Below are positions 57,895 through 64,000 of a DNA stretch of 64,000 nucleotides, in pieces. The DNA is from an uncultured delta proteobacterium. GTDB taxonomy: Bacteria; Desulfobacterota; Binatia; Binatales; Binataceae. The position numbers and the translations under genes were made by a program. The stretch lies in assembly GCA_963724765.1 (NCBI GenBank), contig CAVRVY010000004.1:1248001-1312000 (forward strand), read 5' to 3'. Each line of letters opens with the position of its first letter. Position 1 is the first letter of the stretch. The notes beneath the pieces were generated by a model that ran no database searches, had not been told where the DNA came from, and saw only the letters and a list, made by a program, of their open reading frames with translations.

Positions 57895-59829
57895 TTACCG
57901 GCGGAACATCCGTTCGATAAGTCCGCGGCCCCATTGGATATGGACCGGGCGGCCGTGCGGGCAGTTGGTCTTGAACTCGGTGCGGTCAAGTTCTTCGAGC
58001 AGCGCCGAAATCTCGGGCTCGCGGAGCACGCGGCCCACCCGCACCGAGCCGTGGCAGGCAAGCTGTTTGAGCAGTTCCTCGAACGCCGTCGCACCGCTTA
58101 AGCGGAAGCCGTCCTCACCCATCGCGTCGATCATCTCGGTCAGCAGCCGCGCGCCGCCGTCGGCGCCGAAGACCGCGGGCGCGCCCTTGAGCAGCAACGT
58201 CGCCGGGCCGAACGGCTCAAGCTCGAAGCCCATCGCGCGAAACTCGCTCAGCGCCTGATGGACCTGCGGAGCGCGCGCGGGATTAAGCTCGATCGGCGCG
58301 GGCGTCAGCATCGCCTGCACCCGGATGCCGCCCGCGCGCAGTTCGGCGCGCAGCTTCTCGAAGGTCACACGCTCGTGCGCTGCGTGCTGGTCGACCAGGA
58401 TGAGGCCGTCGTCGCCCTCCAGCGCGATATAGCCGGCAAAGAGCTGGCCCACGACGCGCAGCCGCGAGTACATCGGAATCTGTCTTTCTGGGATCTGTTT
58501 CTCGCCGGGAGAGCCAGGCGGGACAACTTGTGGAACAACTTGCGGGACGACTTGCGAGACGATTTGCGCGCCGCCGTTTATTGCCGGGGCTGGCGTTATC
58601 GCAAGCGCCGCGGCGGAGTTATCGCTTGCGGGCGCGTCATAGAATGCGGCGGCTTCGGCGGCCCTGCTCGAAGTCCATTTGAGACCCGGCGCGCCGAGAC
58701 CCAGCACGCGCTGCTCGGCGCGGGCGAGAGCCGGCGCGTCGGGCACCAGCCGCAGCGCCGGCGCCGCCGATGAAGGCGCCCCTGAAAGTACGATCGGCGC
58801 GCCTGCCGCCGCACCGGCTTCCGTCTGATCGGCGGTCTGATCAGCAAGTCTTGCGCGCAGCGCATGATGAACCGCCTCGAAAACCGCGCCCGAGTTGCGA
58901 AAGCGCACCTCGGTCTTCATCGGATGCACGTTCACGTCGACGTCCTCGGGGCGCATCTCGATGAACACGGCCGTGGCGGGATAGCGGCCGCGCGGAATCA
59001 GCGTGTCGTAGGCCTGAACCACCGCGCGCTGGAGCACGCGGTCGCGCACCGCGCGCCGGTTGACGAAAGTGAAGACCATCCGCGGCGTCGGGTAGGAGTC
59101 CTGGCTGATAGTGGCAAGGCCGAAGACGCGCGCGCCGGCGCGTTGCGAGTCGAAGTGCAGCATCCGGGAGGCGACCTTCGCCCCATAAAGCTGGCGCATC
59201 CGCTCCAGCAGCGAGGCCGCGCGCGAAAGGTCGTAAACGACGCGGCCCTCGGCGGCGAGTTTAAATGCGACGCGCCAGTGGCCGATTGCGAGGCGCGCAA
59301 TCACCTCGGCCGCCGCCCCCTGTTCGGTCGCCAGCGTTTTGAGGAACTTGAGCCGCGCCGGGGTGTTGAAAAAAAGCTCGCGCACTTCGATTCGGGTGCC
59401 GGGCGCGGCCGCGCACTCGCGCGTCGTCGAGACCTCGCCACCGGCGGCAGCGATTTCGACTGCGGCCAGATCGGCAGGCCGCCGCGTGACCATCCTCAGG
59501 TGCGCGACGCTCGCGATCGAGGCCAGGGCCTCGCCGCGAAAACCCATCGTGCGGATCGCCGTGAGGTCGGCGGCATCGCGAATCTTTGAGGTCGCATGGC
59601 GGCGCAATGAGAGAATCGCGTCCTGCGGGCCCATCCCGCCGCCGTCGTCGCCGACCGCGATCAGGCCGGCGCCGCCGCGCTCGATCTCGATGCTTATCGA
59701 GCGGGCGCCGGCGTCGAGCGAATTCTCCACCAGCTCCTTGAGCGCCGAGGCCGGCCGCTCCACGACCTCGCCCGCGGCGATCTGGCTGGCGACCTGCTCG
59801 GGGAGAATATGAATCAGCCGCTCCGCCAT
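57895..59829 (-). CDS. mutL: DNA mismatch repair endonuclease MutL
   Basis: IAAGEVVERP, GFRGEAL, DQHAAHERV, CPHGRP. Confidence 0.97.
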   Translation of the reverse strand: MAERLIHILPEQVASQIAAGEVVERPASALKELVENSLDAGARSISIEIERGGAGLIAVGDDGGGMGPQDAILSLRRHATSKIRDAADLTAIRTMGFRGEALASIASVAHLRMVTRRPADLAAVEIAAAGGEVSTTRECAAAPGTRIEVRELFFNTPARLKFLKTLATEQGAAAEVIARLAIGHWRVAFKLAAEGRVVYDLSRAASLLERMRQLYGAKVASRMLHFDSQRAGARVFGLATISQDSYPTPRMVFTFVNRRAVRDRVLQRAVVQAYDTLIPRGRYPATAVFIEMRPEDVDVNVHPMKTEVRFRNSGAVFEAVHHALRARLADQTADQTEAGAAAGAPIVLSGAPSSAAPALRLVPDAPALARAEQRVLGLGAPGLKWTSSRAAEAAAFYDAPASDNSAAALAITPAPAINGGAQIVSQVVPQVVPQVVPPGSPGEKQIPERQIPMYSRLRVVGQLFAGYIALEGDDGLILVDQHAAHERVTFEKLRAELRAGGIRVQAMLTPAPIELNPARAPQVHQALSEFRAMGFELEPFGPATLLLKGAPAVFGADGGARLLTEMIDAMGEDGFRLSGATAFEELLKQLACHGSVRVGRVLREPEISALLEELDRTEFKTNCPHGRPVHIQWGRGLIERMFRR

Positions 59830-59926
59830 CTCAGCCCCCACCCTAAGGGAAGATTACAAACCGAGGGCAAAAGCATGGCAAAAGGATGGAACGTTTGCGC
59901 GGGCGACTCAAGCGCGGGGCCACCGT

Positions 59927-60688
59927 TCATTTCGCCATGTATCCACCGTCGACCGGCATCGCATGGCCGGTAACGTAGGAAGCCGCATCGGAGCACAGCC
60001 ATGCAACCGCCTCGCCGATCTCGGCCGGCTCGCCCAGGCGCTTGAGCGGTTCGGCCGAGGCGAAGCGCTGTTCCATATCAGGGCGGCCGGTCAACAGGCG
60101 GCCGAGCATCGGGGTGCGGATCGGCCCCGGGCATACGCAGTTGACCCGGACTTTTTCGCGCCCGTATTCGAGCGCCGCCGCGCGCGTCAGTCCGACCACG
60201 CCGTGCTTGCTCGCGACGTAGGCCGGAAGCCCCGGCGAGCCGGTGAGTCCGGCGACCGAGGCGGTGTTGACGATCGCGCCGCCGCCCTGGCGCAGCATGT
60301 GCGGGATTTCGGCCTTCATGCAGAAGAACACGCCGGTCAGGTTGACCGCGAGAGTGCGATTCCAGGTTTCCTCGGTGCAGTCGGCCACTTTCGCCATTCT
60401 GCCGTCGATCCCGGCGTTGTTGAATGCGCAATCGATCCGGCCCCAGGTCGAGAGGACCTTGGCGACAAGCGCCTCGACCTCGGCCATCCTGGAGACATCG
60501 GCGCGCGCGAAAATTGCCTCGGCGCCCGCCTGCTTGACCATCCGGAGCGTTTCCTCGCCACCCTCGGCCGCAATATCCGAGAGCATCAGCTTTGCGCCCT
60601 CGCGCGCAAAAATAAGCGCGGTCGCGCGTCCGATACCCGAGCCCGCGCCGGTAATCAGCGCCACCTTGCCATCCAACAGTATTGCCAT
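59927..60688 (-). CDS. SDR family oxidoreductase
   Basis: TGAGSGIG, NNAG, YVASKHG. Confidence 0.92.
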   Translation of the reverse strand: MAILLDGKVALITGAGSGIGRATALIFAREGAKLMLSDIAAEGGEETLRMVKQAGAEAIFARADVSRMAEVEALVAKVLSTWGRIDCAFNNAGIDGRMAKVADCTEETWNRTLAVNLTGVFFCMKAEIPHMLRQGGGAIVNTASVAGLTGSPGLPAYVASKHGVVGLTRAAALEYGREKVRVNCVCPGPIRTPMLGRLLTGRPDMEQRFASAEPLKRLGEPAEIGEAVAWLCSDAASYVTGHAMPVDGGYMAK

Positions 60689-60945
60689 CGTGCGATGCCC
60701 TCCTTGGGAGCTTTTCGGTTTTTTCGGGGAGTTTTGGGATTTTCCCGGGTTTTTCGATGGATCTTCCTGGTGATTTACTGGGATCCTCCGCTCGGGGCCG
60801 TCTGCCCATATCGGAGGCGCGGGCCTCCTTTATCCCTCTTTGATTCTGCCGCCCAAGCGGATATCGTGAGCCCTCGACCCAGATTCAATCAGCAATCAAA
60901 TAGAGCGCGAATCAAGCGCCATCAAGCGGACCAACGGAATATCAG

Positions 60946-61185
60946 ATGCGAACTTGTGAGATTTGCGGAAAACGTCCCTCCGTCGGCAACAACGTCAGCC
61001 ACGCCAACAACAAGACCAAGCGCCGATGGCAGCCCAATCTGCAGGAAGTGCGCACGGCGGCTGGCGGCGGGGTCAAACGAATCCTGGTTTGCACGCGATG
61101 CATCCGTAGCGGCCGGGTCACCAAGGTTGCGCCCGGCGCCCAGGCGCGGCACGCGGCGGCGGCCGCCGCCGCCAAACCGTCCTGA
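60946..61185 (+). CDS. rpmB: 50S ribosomal protein L28 (Zn-ribbon type, Ala-rich tail)
   Basis: CEICGK...[20 protein letters not shown]...CTRC. Confidence 0.95.
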   Translation: MRTCEICGKRPSVGNNVSHANNKTKRRWQPNLQEVRTAAGGGVKRILVCTRCIRSGRVTKVAPGAQARHAAAAAAAKPS

Positions 61186-61213
61186 CGGAACCTGCGCGGT
61201 CTGACGCACTAAT

Positions 61214-61352
61214 CCGAACGTCCCAGCGGACTGACCCGCATGTCCGATCCGAACGCTTGCTCGAACGTCCTATTCGAACATCTATTCGAACGCGCTGCCC
61301 GAACGTCTTACGCGGACATCTTGGCGGCCTGACCCGAACGTCCTAGCGGACT
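61214..61352. repeat. Degenerate CGAAC-core repeats (12-13 bp period) with 19-bp outer direct repeat
   Basis: CGAAC at 61215, 61250, 61262, 61275, 61287, 61300, 61335; CCGAACGTCCYAGCGGACT at 61214 and 61334. Confidence 0.7.
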
Positions 61353-61714
61353 TGACGGACTTCGCCAAGCAGCGCAAGCATCCGCTCGGGCGGGCGTCCA
61401 ATCACCGCCTTGTCACCCTTGACGACTATCGGACGCTGCATCAGCTCCGGATGCTTTAACAACAGCGCGACTACGGCGTCGGCCGTGACGTAGACCGCAG
61501 GCTTGAGGCCCAGCTCCTCGAAGCGGCGATCCTTGCGCACCAGTTCAGCGGGCGGCGTATCGAGCATCGCCACGATGCGCTCGAGCGTGGTCCGGTGGAG
61601 CGGAGTTTTAAGATACTCGACGATGTCGAACTCGACACCTTGCGCGCGCAACAACTCCAGTGCGCCGCGTGAATTCCCGCAAGCGGGATTATGATAGAGA
61701 GTCACCTTCTTCAT
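61343..61714 (-). CDS. arsC: ArsC/Spx-family (glutaredoxin-type arsenate reductase-like) protein
   Basis: YHNPACGNSR, EYLKTP, LMQRPIV, IGRPPE. Confidence 0.82.
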   Translation of the reverse strand: MKKVTLYHNPACGNSRGALELLRAQGVEFDIVEYLKTPLHRTTLERIVAMLDTPPAELVRKDRRFEELGLKPAVYVTADAVVALLLKHPELMQRPIVVKGDKAVIGRPPERMLALLGEVRQVR

Positions 61715-61859
61715 CGTGCTGATATCCCCCCGATGTGCTTTTCCTGCGTCATGCTTTGATTCAACATAGGTCCTAGACCTATGTTTCATTAGATGGCAAG
61801 CGGACTTTACGTAAGCTCTCGGCAAAGGTTTCAGGACGACGACGTTTCAGGACACAACC

Positions 61860-62669
61860 ATGATGGATTCGATGGATGCGATGAATTCGATGGATTCGAC
61901 GATGCTCTGGCCAGGGACGATGCGCCGGCTCAAAATAATCGCGGCGAAGCTGGCGGCGGCAGGGTTGGAGAAAATCGGAACGTTCGCGTTCGTCACGATA
62001 GCGCTGGCGGTCGCGTTCGCGGTCGGCGCCGGGAGGGCGAATGCGGCGGCGCATACCGGCGAGCCGGCCGACATCGCGCATCGCCACGTGGCGGCGATGG
62101 CCTCGCCGGGGGCCGCCACCCTGCAAATGTCCACCGTGGTGACGGGAGTGCTGGCCGCGCCCCAGGCGGGAGGACCGCTCGCCGGCCATGAGCTGCATTT
62201 CCAGGAGCGCATCAGCGGGAATATCTATACGTTAAGGACGGAACCCAACGGCGCATTTTTGACCATGCTTCCCCAGGGCTGTTACGACCTGCGCGGCATG
62301 AATGGCGCCGTGATCGCAAGCGCAGTGACTGTCGGGCAAAGTCCGGTCAACCTCGGCCAGGTGAATTCGCCCGGGCCATACGACGTATGGCGTCTGCTCG
62401 AGTGGCAGGAAATAGGTGAGGCGATCGTGAAAAGTCCGGCGCCTGCGACCGCCTACATTCCGAATGCCGGAGAAGGGTCCCAGCCGATCTCCGTCACCCC
62501 GGTGGCCAGCCCCCGGGTGATGGGCGCCGACGGACGGCCATCCATGCCGGCGGAGGTCATCCCATCGCAGATACAGGAACAGACCGAGATTCCCTCGGGT
62601 GACCAGGTTCCTGCCCCCGGCATGCCCCCCGCCCAGGATATGGCGCCCGCGCCCGCCGGCGGCTACTGA
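61860..62669 (+). CDS. Hypothetical exported protein (carboxypeptidase-regulatory-like beta domain, Pro-rich tail)
   Basis: Signal-like segment; T...G.F...LPQG.Y.L pattern; start uncertain. Confidence 0.6.
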   Translation: MMDSMDAMNSMDSTMLWPGTMRRLKIIAAKLAAAGLEKIGTFAFVTIALAVAFAVGAGRANAAAHTGEPADIAHRHVAAMASPGAATLQMSTVVTGVLAAPQAGGPLAGHELHFQERISGNIYTLRTEPNGAFLTMLPQGCYDLRGMNGAVIASAVTVGQSPVNLGQVNSPGPYDVWRLLEWQEIGEAIVKSPAPATAYIPNAGEGSQPISVTPVASPRVMGADGRPSMPAEVIPSQIQEQTEIPSGDQVPAPGMPPAQDMAPAPAGGY

Positions 62670-62855
62670 GGCATCTGACTGCCGGATTGAGCGAGCGCTG
62701 GCTCCGGACGCGCCACTTCGGAGAAGGGGGCCCCGGCGCGCGGCGGCAAGTCTGCAAAATCAGGTTGCTTGCCTCCGCGGCACCGGGTGGGGGAGAGAGT
62801 TTTTTCAGCCAGCCTCGACGCCGCTCGTGGATCACGTCGATACTCCCGCTCCGGA

Positions 62856-64000
62856 TTACGCCTTCACCAGTCTTAGCGCGGCGGGGCGGAGCGCGAAGCC
62901 GCCGTTGTCCTCCTCGCGGCCGAAGCCCTCGAGCCCATAGCGCATGAGCATCCGGTAGAGCGTGGTGCGCGAAACGCCCAGAATCCGCGCCGCGCGTTGC
63001 CGATTGCCGCGCGCGTGACTGAGCGCGCTCACCAGCGCCTCGCGCGTGAGTTCGCGCAATGAAGAGGGGGCGGATCGGACCGGCTCAGAGGCAGGAGCCG
63101 GTCCGACCCCGACGGATTGCGGGGAGGAGGACGCAACCGTCGCGGCGACACCCGGTTTGGAGGACAGCCGGGTAACCAGAACGTCGCCGGGGAGACTCCC
63201 AAGATCGATACGGTCGGAATCGCTGAGCAGCAGCGCGCAGCGGATCGCATGCTCCAGCTCGCGCACGTTGCCCGGCCATTCATAGGCGAGCAGATGCTCC
63301 ATCGCGCGGCGCGAGATGAATCTGACGTTGGTGCCGAACTCGCGATTGCAGCGCTCGACGAAAAGGCTCACCAGCGCGTCGATCCCCTCGAGCCGCTCGC
63401 GCAGCGGCGGCACCATCACCGAGGCGACGTTGAGCCGGTAGAACAGGTCGCCGCGAAAGCGCCCCTCTGCTACCGCCTTGCGCAGGTCGCGGTTGGTCGC
63501 CGCCACTATCTGAACGCCGACCTTGTGTGTGCGCGTCGAGCCGACCGGCTGCACTTCATGGTATTCGACCGCGCGCAGCAGCTTGGCCTGCAAGCCCATC
63601 GGCATCTCGCCGATTTCGTCGAGGAACAGCACTCCGCCCTCGGCCGCCCTGAAGTAGCCTTGCGAATCCTCGCGGGCGTCGGTGAAGGCGCCCTTGACAT
63701 GGCCGAAGAGCTGGGATTCGGCCAGCGTCTCAACCAGGTTGGAACAATTGAAGGTGACGAAGGGCCCGCGCGGCTCCGGACGCAGGTTCCACACTGCGCG
63801 CGCCACCAGTTCCTTGCCGGTACCCGATTCGCCATGGATCAAAACGGTTGTGCGATGGGCGCTCAAGCGGGCGAGCAGGCGCATCATGTCTGCCATCACG
63901 GGCGACTTCACGACCATCTCGCCGACCTGCGCCGCGCGGCCCATCAGGCCGAGATCGAACCAGTTGCCGTCGGTCCCGTAGGCCCCGGCAGTTGCAATCA
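62856..64000 (-). CDS. Sigma54-dependent transcriptional activator (bEBP), 5' end beyond window
   Basis: GESGTGKE, ESQLFGHVKGAFTDA, LFLDEIGE, WPGNVRELEH, Fis HTH; frame open to the edge. Confidence 0.92.
   Translation of the reverse strand, partial: IATAGAYGTDGNWFDLGLMGRAAQVGEMVVKSPVMADMMRLLARLSAHRTTVLIHGESGTGKELVARAVWNLRPEPRGPFVTFNCSNLVETLAESQLFGHVKGAFTDAREDSQGYFRAAEGGVLFLDEIGEMPMGLQAKLLRAVEYHEVQPVGSTRTHKVGVQIVAATNRDLRKAVAEGRFRGDLFYRLNVASVMVPPLRERLEGIDALVSLFVERCNREFGTNVRFISRRAMEHLLAYEWPGNVRELEHAIRCALLLSDSDRIDLGSLPGDVLVTRLSSKPGVAATVASSSPQSVGVGPAPASEPVRSAPSSLRELTREALVSALSHARGNRQRAARILGVSRTTLYRMLMRYGLEGFGREEDNGGFALRPAALRLVKA

Noticed and set aside
61250-61305. LexA/SOS boxes in GAAC repeats
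   Set aside because: Spacing is N8/N9 rather than GAAC-N7-GAAC, not palindromic, and located at gene 3' ends

Overview
GC-rich chromosomal window from a diderm bacterium. It has an Mla operon and F420-related genes; the gene content is reminiscent of Binatota/Deltaproteobacteria-like lineages, which is inference only. Layout: (1) 1-6126 is the right end of a phage-related element integrated at tRNA-Leu(TAA). It carries a terminase large subunit with no portal next to it, small Zn/HTH ORFs, a frameshifted fused restriction-modification enzyme and a clear att junction (IHF site plus arm-type repeats). (2) 6.7-19.4 kb holds an S53 protease, an antiporter, RNase II-family and RNase HII genes, an LLM F420 oxidoreductase and lpdA. 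(3) A decayed defence island between lpdA and lipBA contains a type III-like Res broken by an 8-bp duplication, a Mod broken by IS630, and toxin-antitoxin remnants. (4) A sigma54-type promoter precedes an unknown 17-residue-repeat protein, followed by about 320 nt of six back-to-back hairpins. (5) Next come cofC-mlaEFDCA, a TPR-SH3 lipoprotein, dienelactone hydrolase/P450 and maiA. (6) An uncharacterised periplasmic redox operon encodes a MauG/BthA-like diheme enzyme, a Tat metallophosphoesterase-fold protein, a TsdA/SoxA-like Cys-ligated monoheme cytochrome and DUF2141. (7) The rest is housekeeping (mutL-miaA-accA-pheA-hisC-tyrA-cmk-rpsA-ihfB-HIT-AAA-VWA, with aroA absent; rpmB; arsC), plus a truncated sigma54 activator. 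The best novelty candidates are (6) and (4). All calls come from motif recognition by eye; no searches were run.
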